Source: Vicinamibacterales bacterium (GTDB lineage Bacteria; Acidobacteriota; Vicinamibacteria; Vicinamibacterales; UBA2999). From it: a DNA stretch of 64,000 nucleotides. The stretch is taken from NCBI GenBank assembly GCA_035512515.1, contig DATKDY010000215.1, positions 1,294 through 65,293 of the forward strand, written 5' to 3'. A program made the position numbers and the translations under genes. This document shows, piece by piece, positions 33,476 to 42,618 of the stretch (positions within the stretch are counted from its first letter, which is position 1; each line of letters opens with the position of its first letter). Under the pieces are notes generated by a model, which made no database searches, had not been told where the DNA came from, and was given only the letters and a program-made list of their open reading frames with translations.

Positions 33476-34657
33476 ATGGCAGACGTTCGAACCGAGACGA
33501 TGACCGTCAACATGGGGCCGCAGCACCCCAGCACGCATGGCGTGTTGCGGCTGGTGCTGGAGCTCGATGGCGAAACCGTCGTGTCCGTGTCGCCCACCAT
33601 CGGCTATCTCCATACCGGCATCGAGAAGACCGCCGAGCAGAAGAAGTGGCAGCAGGTGATCCCGCTCGTCGAGCGCATGGATTACCTGGCCGCGCAGTCC
33701 AACAGCCTCGCCTTTGCCCTGACGGTGGAACAGCTCCTCGGCATCGAAGTGCCCGATCGCGTGAAGTACATCCGCATCCTCATTGCGGAACTGCAGCGGA
33801 TCAGCAGCCATCTCGTGTGGTTCGGCACGCACGCCCTGGAGGTCGGGGCGATCACCGGAATGCTCTACGCGTTCCGTGAGCGCGAGATCATCATGAACCT
33901 CAACGAGCTGCTCGCGGGGTTCCGATTCTTCCCGAGCTACATTCGCGTCGGCGGCCTGCGCGAGGACCTGTCGCGCGGCTTCAAGGAAGCGGTCAGCGAT
34001 TTCCTGGATCGCTTTCCCGGCAAGCTGGACGAGTACGAAACACTCCTCACGAAGAATCCCATCTGGCTCGAGCGCACGCGCGGCGTCGGCGTCATCACGC
34101 TGGAGGATTGCTACAACTGGGGCCTCTACGGTCCGATCGCGCGGGCCGCTGGCGGCGACTACGATGTGCGCCGCGCGTTTCCGTATTCGGGATACGACCG
34201 CTTCGACTTCGACGTCATCGGCGCGTCCAACGGCGACGTCTACGACCGCTACATCGTCCGCGTCGCGGAGATGCGCGAAAGCGTCAAGATCTGCCGTCAG
34301 GCGCTCGACCGCATTCCGCCCGTCGGCGAATGGGGCGTCAACGACCGGCGCATCGTCCCGCCGCCGAAGGACGAGGTTTACACCGAGATGGAAGCGCTCA
34401 TTCAGCACTTCCTGATCTATTCGCAGGGTTTCACGGTGCCGGCCGGCGAGGCGTACGTGCCGGTGGAGGGGCCGCGCGGCGAGCACGGGTGCTACATCGT
34501 GTCGGATGGCACCAATCGCCCGTGGCGGGTCCACATGCGCGCGCCCAGCCTGATGGCCTGTCAGGCGCTGCACAAATTCATCATCGGCGGCATGATCGCC
34601 GACGTCATCGCCGTGATCGGCTCGCTCGACGTGGTGATGGGAGACGTGGATCGATGA
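33476..34657 (+). CDS. nuoD: NADH-quinone oxidoreductase subunit D
   Basis: NMGPQHPSTHGVLRL...; 393 aa matching NuoD/49-kDa throughout. Confidence 0.95.
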   Translation: MADVRTETMTVNMGPQHPSTHGVLRLVLELDGETVVSVSPTIGYLHTGIEKTAEQKKWQQVIPLVERMDYLAAQSNSLAFALTVEQLLGIEVPDRVKYIRILIAELQRISSHLVWFGTHALEVGAITGMLYAFREREIIMNLNELLAGFRFFPSYIRVGGLREDLSRGFKEAVSDFLDRFPGKLDEYETLLTKNPIWLERTRGVGVITLEDCYNWGLYGPIARAAGGDYDVRRAFPYSGYDRFDFDVIGASNGDVYDRYIVRVAEMRESVKICRQALDRIPPVGEWGVNDRRIVPPPKDEVYTEMEALIQHFLIYSQGFTVPAGEAYVPVEGPRGEHGCYIVSDGTNRPWRVHMRAPSLMACQALHKFIIGGMIADVIAVIGSLDVVMGDVDR

Positions 34658-36615
34658 GCTTTCATCCAGTGATGCCCTATGGCACCAGGGAGTGGCATCG
34701 CTCGAAGCGTGTCACGCTGCCGGAAGGACCGCCCTTCCAGTTCACGGCGGTGACCCGCCAGCGCTTCGAGGACTTTGCCGCGCACTATCCGCCGGAGCAT
34801 CGCAAGGCCGCCATTCTCCACGCGATCTATCTGGCGCAGGAGCAGCAGGGGTACGTCACCGCCAACGCCGCGCGCCATGTCGCCGAGGTGATTGGCTGCA
34901 CGGCCGCCGATGTCGAAGACGTCGTGTCGTACTACGTGATGTTCTTCCGCAATCCGGTCGGCAAGTTCGTGCTGCAGGTGTGCACGACGCTGTCATGCGC
35001 CGCGGCCGGCGCCGAGCGGGTCGTCGAGGAGCTGGAACAGAAGCTCGGGATCAAGGCCGGCGAGACCGATCCGACCGGCACGTTCACCATTCAGAAGATG
35101 GAATGCCTCGGCGCGTGCGACCGCGCGCCCGTGCTGATGGTCAACAACAACGACTGGCACGAGAACCTCGCGCCAGAGCAGGCGCCCGCGCTGGTGGACG
35201 CGATCCGGGCCAAGGGACTCGGGGTGCTCGGGGGATGTCATCTGGCCATCGAAGGCCGGCCCGAGAGCGAGTGGAAGCACAAGACCACGACGCCGGTCAA
35301 GCCGACCGCGATGCCGGACTACGAGCCCGTGCTCACGAAGTACGCCTTTACACCCCATGGCTACACGCTGGATCACTACCTGAAACACCAGCAGGGGTAC
35401 GAAGGGCTGCGCAAGGCCGTCGCCATGACGCCCGATCAGGTGATCGACGCGGTCAAGGCATCCGGCCTGCGCGGCCGCGGCGGTGCCGGATTCCCGACCG
35501 GCCTCAAATGGCAGTTCGTGGACAAGAAGTCGCCGAACCCGAAATACATCGTCTGCAACGCCGACGAAAGCGAGCCCGGCACCTTCAAAGATCATCTGCT
35601 GATGGAGCGCAACCCGCACCTGCTGATCGAGGGGTGCGTGATCGGATGCTACGCCATCGGGTCGAAGGTGGCCTACATCTACATCCGCGGCGAGTTCTTC
35701 CACATGCAGCCCATCCTCGAAAACGCCATCGAGGAGGCGCGCCGGGCGGGATATCTCGGCACGAACATCTTCGGCAGCGGCTTCGACTGCGAGGTCTACG
35801 TGCATCGCGGCGCGGGCGCGTACGAAGCCGGCGAGGAAACGGCGCTGCTCGAATCGCTCGAAGGCAAGCGCGCGCAGCCGCGCTTCAAGCCGCCGTTCCC
35901 GGCGGTCGAGGGCCTGTGGGCCTGCCCGACGGCCGTCAACAACGTCGAGACGCTCTGCAACGTGCCGCTGGTGATGACGCGCGGCGTCGAGTGGTTTGCG
36001 GCGCTGGGCCCGGAGAAAAATGGCGGGCCCAAGTTGTTCTGCGTCAGCGGCCACGTCAAGAATCCCGGCGTGTTCGAAGCGCCGATGAAAGTCACGCTGC
36101 GCGAGCTCATCGACGGCTACGCGGGCGGCATGCGCGACGGGCACACGCTGAAAGCAGTGATTCCGGGCGGATCCTCGGTTCCCCTGCTGATGCCCGATCA
36201 ACTGGACATTCCGGCGAGCTTCGACGATGTGCAGAAGGCCGGATCGCTTCTGGGATCGGCCGCCATCATCGTGCTCGACGAGACGACCGACATGGTGTGG
36301 CTCGCCGACAACCTGATTCACTTCTACCGCCACGAATCCTGCGGCAAGTGCACGCCGTGCCGCGAAGGCACGGACTGGCTCTATCAGCTGCTCCAGCGGC
36401 TGCTGCAGGGGCAGGGACGGGCCAAGGACATCGCGTTGCTCGAAAGCGTGGCCGCCAACATCAACGGCAAGACGCTCTGTGCCTTTGGCGACGCCGCGGC
36501 CACGCCGGTGCTCACCACGCTCAAGTGGTTCAGGAACGAATACGACGCGTACGCGAAGCAACAGATTCCAGCGGCCGCCGATTACCGGGCGAAAGACCCT
36601 GTAGGAACGCACTAG
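34654..36615 (+). CDS. nuoEF: Fused NADH-quinone oxidoreductase subunits E and F (single 653-codon reading frame)
   Basis: The NuoE part has [2Fe-2S] cysteines (CTTLSCAAAG...CLGACDRAP). The NuoF part starts about MPDYEPVL (ATG 35311) with GLRGRGGAGFPTGLKW and ESCGKCTPCREG. There is no stop codon between them. ATGA overlap with the nuoD stop. Confidence 0.85.
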   Translation: MSFHPVMPYGTREWHRSKRVTLPEGPPFQFTAVTRQRFEDFAAHYPPEHRKAAILHAIYLAQEQQGYVTANAARHVAEVIGCTAADVEDVVSYYVMFFRNPVGKFVLQVCTTLSCAAAGAERVVEELEQKLGIKAGETDPTGTFTIQKMECLGACDRAPVLMVNNNDWHENLAPEQAPALVDAIRAKGLGVLGGCHLAIEGRPESEWKHKTTTPVKPTAMPDYEPVLTKYAFTPHGYTLDHYLKHQQGYEGLRKAVAMTPDQVIDAVKASGLRGRGGAGFPTGLKWQFVDKKSPNPKYIVCNADESEPGTFKDHLLMERNPHLLIEGCVIGCYAIGSKVAYIYIRGEFFHMQPILENAIEEARRAGYLGTNIFGSGFDCEVYVHRGAGAYEAGEETALLESLEGKRAQPRFKPPFPAVEGLWACPTAVNNVETLCNVPLVMTRGVEWFAALGPEKNGGPKLFCVSGHVKNPGVFEAPMKVTLRELIDGYAGGMRDGHTLKAVIPGGSSVPLLMPDQLDIPASFDDVQKAGSLLGSAAIIVLDETTDMVWLADNLIHFYRHESCGKCTPCREGTDWLYQLLQRLLQGQGRAKDIALLESVAANINGKTLCAFGDAAATPVLTTLKWFRNEYDAYAKQQIPAAADYRAKDPVGTH

Positions 36616-36618
36616 GCG

Positions 36619-37668
36619 ATGGTCGATTTCATCACCCCCGAGCTGATCGTTTATTCCGGCATCGTCGTCACCGTTTTCCTCGGCCTGCAGATCGGCGCGG
36701 CGGTGATGGTCTACGCCGAGCGGAAGGTCGCGGCGTACATCCAGCAGCGCATGGGGCCGACGCTGGTGGGTCCGATGGGCCTCTTCCAGCCGATCGCGGA
36801 CATCGTCAAGCTGATCTTCAAGGAGGACCTGCGGCCCAAGGCCGCCGACACGGCGCTGTTTCTGGCCGCGCCGGTGATTTCGGTGGCCGCCGCCTACGTC
36901 GCGTTCGCGCCGGTGCCGTTCGGCGCCGCGTCCACATTCTTCGGACTGCTCGACGAGCCGATCCCGCTGCTCGTCGCCGACATCAACGTCGCGGTGCTCG
37001 TGGTCTTCGCGGTCGCCTCGATGGGTGTCTATGGCATCGTGCTCGCCGGCTGGGCCAGCAACAGCAAGTACTCGCTGCTCGGTGGGCTGCGCAGCGCGGC
37101 GCAGATGATTAGTTATGAGCTGTCGTTCGCCCTGGCGCTGGCGACGGTCATTCTGCTGGCGAACTCGATGTCGTTCAGGGCCATCGTCGATCATCAGGCC
37201 GGGTATTTTTTTGACGTCATCCCGCGCTGGCACGTGTTCTGGATGTTCCCGCTGGGGTTGATCGCGTTCGGCATCTTCACCATCGCGGGGATCGCCGAAA
37301 CCAACCGCGCGCCGTTTGATTTTCCGGAAGCAGAGCAGGAGCTCGTCGCGGGATATCACACCGAATACAGCAGCATGGCATTTGCCATGTTCTTCCTCGC
37401 CGAATACATCAACATGATCACAGTGTCGGCGGTGGCGACGAACCTGTTTCTCGGGGGCTGGCACGGGCCGTTCCTGCCCCCGGAATACGGCTGGATCTGG
37501 TTTCTCGTGAAGCTCTCCGTGCTGTTGTTCGGGTATCTGTGGCTGCGCTGGACGCTGCCGCGCTTCCGCTACGACCAGTTGATGGCGTTCGGCTGGAAGG
37601 TGCTGCTGCCGGCCGCGACCGTCAATCTCATCGCCGTGGCGGCGGGAGTCATTTACTTTGGCCTCTGA
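36619..37668 (+). CDS. nuoH: NADH-quinone oxidoreductase subunit H
   Basis: AERKVAAYIQQRMGP..., PFDFPEAEQELVAGYHTEYS is the NuoH/ND1 signature. Confidence 0.95.
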   Translation: MVDFITPELIVYSGIVVTVFLGLQIGAAVMVYAERKVAAYIQQRMGPTLVGPMGLFQPIADIVKLIFKEDLRPKAADTALFLAAPVISVAAAYVAFAPVPFGAASTFFGLLDEPIPLLVADINVAVLVVFAVASMGVYGIVLAGWASNSKYSLLGGLRSAAQMISYELSFALALATVILLANSMSFRAIVDHQAGYFFDVIPRWHVFWMFPLGLIAFGIFTIAGIAETNRAPFDFPEAEQELVAGYHTEYSSMAFAMFFLAEYINMITVSAVATNLFLGGWHGPFLPPEYGWIWFLVKLSVLLFGYLWLRWTLPRFRYDQLMAFGWKVLLPAATVNLIAVAAGVIYFGL

Positions 37669-38185
37669 GCAACTCGTCTTTTACGTGTTTGCCGCGCTGG
37701 CGGTGCTCGGGTCGCTGTTCGTCATCGTGCAGCGCAATCCCATCTACAGCGTGCTGGCGCTGATTGCCGCGTTCTTCGGGCTGTCCGGCCTGTATGTGCT
37801 GCTCGACGCGCCGTTTGTGGCGGTGGTGCAGATCATCATCTATGCGGGCGCCATCATGGTGCTCTTCCTCTTCGTGGTGATGCTGCTCAACGTGCCGCGT
37901 GAGGACGCCTCGGAATGGGACCGCGCGCATCCGCTGTATCGGCCCTGGCCGCTGCGCATCGGCGCGCTGCTGGCGCTGCTGCTCGTGGCGCAACTGGTGT
38001 GGGCGCTGACGCGCACGGCGGGCATCGGCGATGGCGTCGGGGTGCAGACCGCCGGCATCTCGGACGTCGGCGAACTGGGCCGCGTCCTCTTCACCGACTA
38101 CATGTTTGCGTTCGAAGTCACCTCGATTCTGATTATCGTGTCGATGGTCGGCGCCGTGATTCTGGCGCGAAGGCTGAGCGAATGA
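37658..38185 (+). CDS. nuoJ: NADH-quinone oxidoreductase subunit J
   Basis: [51 protein letters not shown] is the NuoJ/ND6 signature. TTG start overlapping the nuoH 3' end. Confidence 0.9.
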   Translation: MASEQLVFYVFAALAVLGSLFVIVQRNPIYSVLALIAAFFGLSGLYVLLDAPFVAVVQIIIYAGAIMVLFLFVVMLLNVPREDASEWDRAHPLYRPWPLRIGALLALLLVAQLVWALTRTAGIGDGVGVQTAGISDVGELGRVLFTDYMFAFEVTSILIIVSMVGAVILARRLSE

Positions 38186-38496
38186 ACTTTGCGCTGATTC
38201 CGCTGAGTCATTTCCTGATTCTGTCTGCGCTGCTCTTCGCCATCGGCGCGGCAGGCGTGTTCCTGCGGCGCAACCTGATCACGCTGCTGCTGTCGGTGGA
38301 GATCATGCTGAACGCGGTCAACCTGACGTTCGTGGCGTTCGGCCGCCAGTTCGGCACCGTCGACGGGCAGATCATCGTGTTCTTCGTCATGACCGTCGCC
38401 GCCGCCGAAGCGGCGGTCGGCCTGGCGCTGGTGATTGCGCTCTTCCGCAATCGCGAGTCGCTCAATCCTGAAGCCTTCACGTCGTTGAAGTGGTGA
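38182..38496 (+). CDS. nuoK: NADH-quinone oxidoreductase subunit K
   Basis: [18 protein letters not shown]...[12 protein letters not shown] is the NuoK/ND4L signature. ATGA overlap with the nuoJ stop. Confidence 0.93.
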   Translation: MNFALIPLSHFLILSALLFAIGAAGVFLRRNLITLLLSVEIMLNAVNLTFVAFGRQFGTVDGQIIVFFVMTVAAAEAAVGLALVIALFRNRESLNPEAFTSLKW

Positions 38497-38500
38497 TCGC

Positions 38501-40783
38501 GTGCTGTCGCTGATACCTCTCCTCCCGTTTCTCGGCTTCCTGATCAACGCGTTCTTCGGGCGCCGGTTGTCCAAGAGCCTCTCGGGCGGCCTCGCCTGCG
38601 CGGTGATGCTCGCCGCGTTTGCGATCTCAGCCTTCGAGGTCATGCAGTTGATCGGGATGGACCCGGGCGAGCGCGAGATCACCCAGATCGTCTTCACGTG
38701 GATCGCCTCCGGCGACTTCGTCGTGGACGCCGCGTTCCGGCTCGACCCGCTGTCGGCGGTGATGATTCTCGTCGTCACCGGCATCGGCTCGCTGATTCAC
38801 ATCTACTCGACGTCGTACATGCACGAGGAAACCGACAGCGAATATGCGCGGTATTTCTCCTACCTGAACCTGTTCGTGTTCTTCATGCTCGTCCTCGTGC
38901 TCGGCTCGAACGTCCTGATGATGTTCGTCGGCTGGGAGGGCGTCGGGCTCTGCTCGTATCTGTTGATCGGCTACTACTACGTCAAGAAGTCCGCCTCGGA
39001 TGCTGCGAACAAGGCGTTCATCGTCAACCGCGTCGGCGACTACGCGTTCATTCTCGGCGCGTTGCTGCTGTTCGTCACGGTCGGCACGTTCGACTTCACG
39101 GAGATCACCGCGGCCGTCGCCGCCATGCCGTCGGAGTCGACCTTCGGCGTGCTGTCGCTCGTCGCGCTGCTGTTCTTCATCGGCGCGACGGGCAAGTCGG
39201 CGCAGATTCCGCTGTATGTCTGGCTGCCGGACGCCATGGAGGGCCCGACCCCGGTGTCCGCCCTCATCCACGCGGCGACGATGGTCACCGCGGGCGTGTA
39301 CATGATTGGGCGCACCGCCGAGTTGTTCATGCACGCCCCGGTCACCATGGGGATCGTCGCCGTCATCGGTGCGGCGACGGCGCTCTTTGCCGGCACCATC
39401 GGGCTCGTCCAGAACGACATCAAACGAGTGCTCGCGTACTCGACCGTGTCGCAGTTGGGCTACATGTTCCTCGCCATGGGCGTCGGGGCGTTTGGCGCGG
39501 GCATCTTCCACCTCTACACCCACGCGTTCTTCAAGGCGTTGTTATTCCTCGGGTCGGGCGCGGTGATTCACGCGCTGCACGGCGAGCAGGACATCCGCCA
39601 CATGGGCGGACTCAAGAAGCACCTGCCCATCACCTACTGGACGTTCATCGTCGGCGCGATTGCGATTGCGGGCATTCCGCCATTGGCCGGGTTCTTCTCG
39701 AAGGACGAGATCCTGTTCGAGACCTTCTATCGCGGTCACACCTGGCTCTGGGTGATCGGCATCATGACGTCGTTTTTGACCGCCACCTACATGTGGCGGC
39801 TGGTGCACCTGACGTTCCACGGCGCGCCGCGATTCCAGCTCGCCGCGCATCCGCCTTCGCTCGCGGCAGGATCAAGCGCGAGCTACGGCGAGACCTCGCC
39901 GAAGCGGCCTTCGGCCGCGGAGGCGGGTGGCCCGCATTCGCCGGATCCTCACGATGAGCCGGAGCCCGCGCATGCCCATCCGGTGCACCGTGCGCACCCG
40001 GCGACGCCGCACGATGCGCCGTTCGCCATGGCGTTTGCGCTGATCGTCCTGGCCATCGGCTCCGTCGTGGCAGGCTTCATCGGCATCCCGCATGCGCTCG
40101 GCGGCCACAACGTCCTTCACGAGTGGCTCCAGCCCGTAGTCGGATCCCACGCGCCGGCGTCGCCCGGCGCCGCTGGCATTGCCGGGATGACCATCGGCGG
40201 CGAATGCGTAGTGACGGCTGATGCGGCCGCCGCGCAGTTGCCGGGGATGACGACCGACAACTGCGCACCTGCCGGCGCCGATGTCGCACTGGCGTCGTTC
40301 GCGCCCGGAGGTGCGAGCCAACCCGGTCTTCTTCAGTCCAGCGGCGCCGGGCTTCAACCGGGGGCAGGCCAGGAGGCCGACGAACACGCCAGGGAGATCC
40401 TGGAACTGCAGCTCATGACGCTGTCCAGCATCCTGGCGATCCTGGGCATCGGCCTGGCGACCTACATCTGGCTGAAGCGTCCCGAGATCGCCGCCCGCAT
40501 GGCGGCGCGATTCCCGGGTGTGCATCGGGTGCTGCTGAACAAGTACTACGTGGACGAGTTGTACGACGCCGCCGTCGTCCAGCCGATCATGATCGTCTCC
40601 GAAGACGGCCTCTGGCGCGGCATGGATGTGCGCGTGGTGGATGGCGCCGTCAACGGCACAGGGCAGGTGGTGGGCGGCATGAGTGCCGTCCTTCGCCTGT
40701 TCCAGAGCGGTTCCGTGAAAACCTACGCCGCGTTTCTCTTCCTTGGCGCGGTGACGATCCTCGCCTACTACCTCTGGAGATAG
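38501..40783 (+). CDS. nuoL: NADH-quinone oxidoreductase subunit L with two low-complexity insertions
   Basis: FVGWEGVGLCSYLLIGYYY, GKSAQIPLYVWLPDAMEGPTPVSALIHAATMV. The 760 aa include His/Pro- and Ala/Gly-rich patches encoded at 39821-40015 and 40140-40390. Confidence 0.92.
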   Translation: MLSLIPLLPFLGFLINAFFGRRLSKSLSGGLACAVMLAAFAISAFEVMQLIGMDPGEREITQIVFTWIASGDFVVDAAFRLDPLSAVMILVVTGIGSLIHIYSTSYMHEETDSEYARYFSYLNLFVFFMLVLVLGSNVLMMFVGWEGVGLCSYLLIGYYYVKKSASDAANKAFIVNRVGDYAFILGALLLFVTVGTFDFTEITAAVAAMPSESTFGVLSLVALLFFIGATGKSAQIPLYVWLPDAMEGPTPVSALIHAATMVTAGVYMIGRTAELFMHAPVTMGIVAVIGAATALFAGTIGLVQNDIKRVLAYSTVSQLGYMFLAMGVGAFGAGIFHLYTHAFFKALLFLGSGAVIHALHGEQDIRHMGGLKKHLPITYWTFIVGAIAIAGIPPLAGFFSKDEILFETFYRGHTWLWVIGIMTSFLTATYMWRLVHLTFHGAPRFQLAAHPPSLAAGSSASYGETSPKRPSAAEAGGPHSPDPHDEPEPAHAHPVHRAHPATPHDAPFAMAFALIVLAIGSVVAGFIGIPHALGGHNVLHEWLQPVVGSHAPASPGAAGIAGMTIGGECVVTADAAAAQLPGMTTDNCAPAGADVALASFAPGGASQPGLLQSSGAGLQPGAGQEADEHAREILELQLMTLSSILAILGIGLATYIWLKRPEIAARMAARFPGVHRVLLNKYYVDELYDAAVVQPIMIVSEDGLWRGMDVRVVDGAVNGTGQVVGGMSAVLRLFQSGSVKTYAAFLFLGAVTILAYYLWR

Positions 40784-40788
40784 CGCTC

Positions 40789-42618
40789 GTGAACGGATTG
40801 CCGCTTCTGTCGATCGCGATCTGGCTCCCGGTGGCAGGGGCTGCGTTGCTGCTGTTCATCAGCAACAGGGATGGCCAGCGCGACGGCCTCATTCGGAACG
40901 TGACGTTCGGCGTGTCGCTGCTCACGTTTGCCGCCACGCTTGCGCTGTGGGTGGGCTTCGACATCAGCGAGGCGGCGGGGGAGTTCCAGTTCGTCGAGCG
41001 GGCCCCGTGGATTCCCGCGTTCGGCATCGAGTACTACCTCGGCATCGACGGCATGAGCCTCATGCTCATGGTCCTGACCGGGTTCCTCACGCCCATCGCG
41101 CTGCTGTCGTCCTGGGAAGGCATTCACAAGAAGGTCAAGGAATTCTCGATCTTCATGCTGGTGCTCGAGACGGCGATGCTCGGCGTGTTCGGCGCACTCG
41201 ACTTGTTCCTGTTTTACGTGTTCTGGGACTTCGCCCTCATCCCGATGTATTTCCTCATCGGCGTGTGGGGCTACGAACGGCGCATCTACGCGGCCGTCAA
41301 GTTCATCCTCTACACGATGGCGGGGAGCGTCCTGATGCTCGTCGCCATCATCGGGCTGTCGTGGCTTCATCAGCAGGCGACCGGGTCGTATAGCTTCGAC
41401 ACGCTGCGGTTGTATGACCTCGAGATTGCCGACAACCTGCAGTACTGGTTCTTCCTGGCGTTTGCCGTCGCCTTCCTGATCAAGGTGCCGCTCTTCCCGT
41501 TCCACACGTGGCTGCCGGATGCGCACGTCGAGGCGCCCACGGCCGGTTCGGTGATCCTGGCGGGCGTGATGCTGAAGATGGGCGGCTACGGTCTCATCAG
41601 GTTCGCGTTCCCGCTGTTTCCTGAAGCGGCGCTCTACTTCGCCCCGTCTCTCGCGATCCTCGCGGTCATCGCGATCGTGTACGGCGCGCTGGTGGCGATG
41701 GTGCAGCCCGACATGAAAAAGCTCGTCGCCTATTCGTCGGTCAGCCACATGGGCTTCGTGGTGCTGGGCATCGCGGCGATGAACCTGCAGGGTGTGCAGG
41801 GCGCCAGCTATCAGATGCTCGCGCACGGCATCAGCACGGGTGGGTTGTTCTGCATCGTCGGCATGTTGTCGGACCGGCGCCACACGCGCCTGATCAGCGC
41901 ATACGGCGGGATCAAGAAGATCGTGCCGCGGCTCACGGCCGTGTCGCTCATCCTCACGCTCGCGTCGATTGGGCTGCCGGGCATGAACGGTTTCATCGGC
42001 GAGTTCCTGATCATGCTCGGCGCCTTCCGCTGGGATCCGCGCTTCGTGGTCGTCGCCGGCCTTGGCGTGATTCTGTCGGCCGTCTACATGCTGTGGATGT
42101 TCCAGCGGGTTTATTACGGCGACGTGACGCACGAGCACAACCGGCACATGGCCGACCTCAGCGTCCGCGAGTGGGCGGTGATCGGCCCGCTGGCCGCCAT
42201 GGCGATCTACATGGGCGTGTTCCCGAACGTGTTCCTCAAACCCATGGAGCCGGCGATTACCCGCATAGTCCAGCGAATTGAACGCTTCGAGCCGCTTCAA
42301 GTTCGCCTCCTATCCGAGGCACCCGTCGCACCTGCTGCACCTGCCGCACCTGCTGCACCTGCCGCACCTGCTGCACCTGCTGCACCTGCCGCACCTGCTG
42401 CACCTGCTGCACCTGCCGCACCTGCCGCACCTGCTGCACCTGCTGCACCTGCTGCACCTGCTGCACCTGCCGCACCTGCTGCACCTGCCGCACCTGCTGC
42501 ACCTGCCGCACCTGTCGCACCTGCTGCACCTGTCGCACCCGTCGTACCCGTCGCACCTGCACCTGCTGCACCCATGTCACCTCTGTCACCTCTGTCACCT
42601 TCTCCGGAGGCGCGGTGA
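40789..42618 (+). CDS. nuoM: NADH-quinone oxidoreductase subunit M with a ~95-aa (Ala-Ala-Pro)n C-terminal tail
   Basis: FLIKVPLFPFHTWLPDAHVEAPTAGSVILAGVMLKMGGYG is the NuoM/ND4 signature. The tail is encoded by the 9-nt repeat at 42319-42603. Confidence 0.92.
   Translation: MNGLPLLSIAIWLPVAGAALLLFISNRDGQRDGLIRNVTFGVSLLTFAATLALWVGFDISEAAGEFQFVERAPWIPAFGIEYYLGIDGMSLMLMVLTGFLTPIALLSSWEGIHKKVKEFSIFMLVLETAMLGVFGALDLFLFYVFWDFALIPMYFLIGVWGYERRIYAAVKFILYTMAGSVLMLVAIIGLSWLHQQATGSYSFDTLRLYDLEIADNLQYWFFLAFAVAFLIKVPLFPFHTWLPDAHVEAPTAGSVILAGVMLKMGGYGLIRFAFPLFPEAALYFAPSLAILAVIAIVYGALVAMVQPDMKKLVAYSSVSHMGFVVLGIAAMNLQGVQGASYQMLAHGISTGGLFCIVGMLSDRRHTRLISAYGGIKKIVPRLTAVSLILTLASIGLPGMNGFIGEFLIMLGAFRWDPRFVVVAGLGVILSAVYMLWMFQRVYYGDVTHEHNRHMADLSVREWAVIGPLAAMAIYMGVFPNVFLKPMEPAITRIVQRIERFEPLQVRLLSEAPVAPAAPAAPAAPAAPAAPAAPAAPAAPAAPAAPAAPAAPAAPAAPAAPAAPAAPAAPAAPAAPVAPAAPVAPVVPVAPAPAAPMSPLSPLSPSPEAR
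42319..42603 (+). repeat. About 27 tandem 9-nt units GCACCTGCT/GCACCTGCC (plus 3 x TCACCTCTG) in frame at the 3' end of nuoM
   Basis: Units counted directly from 42319 (gcacccgtc gcacctgct gcacctgcc ...). The unit is identical to the allB insertion at 15132-15239. Confidence 0.95.

Noticed and set aside
33062-37464. Very long minus-strand ORFs (33062..34573, 34993..37464, 40768..42300) opposite the nuo genes
   Set aside because: They are antisense to highly conserved complex I subunits, and their composition is dominated by Arg/Asp/His/Gly.
42319-42603. Considered whether the repeat arrays (also 15132-15239, 29155-29246, 32097-32246) could be CRISPR arrays
   Set aside because: The units are 7-9 nt and directly adjacent with no spacers, and no cas genes are present. 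They are simple tandem repeats.
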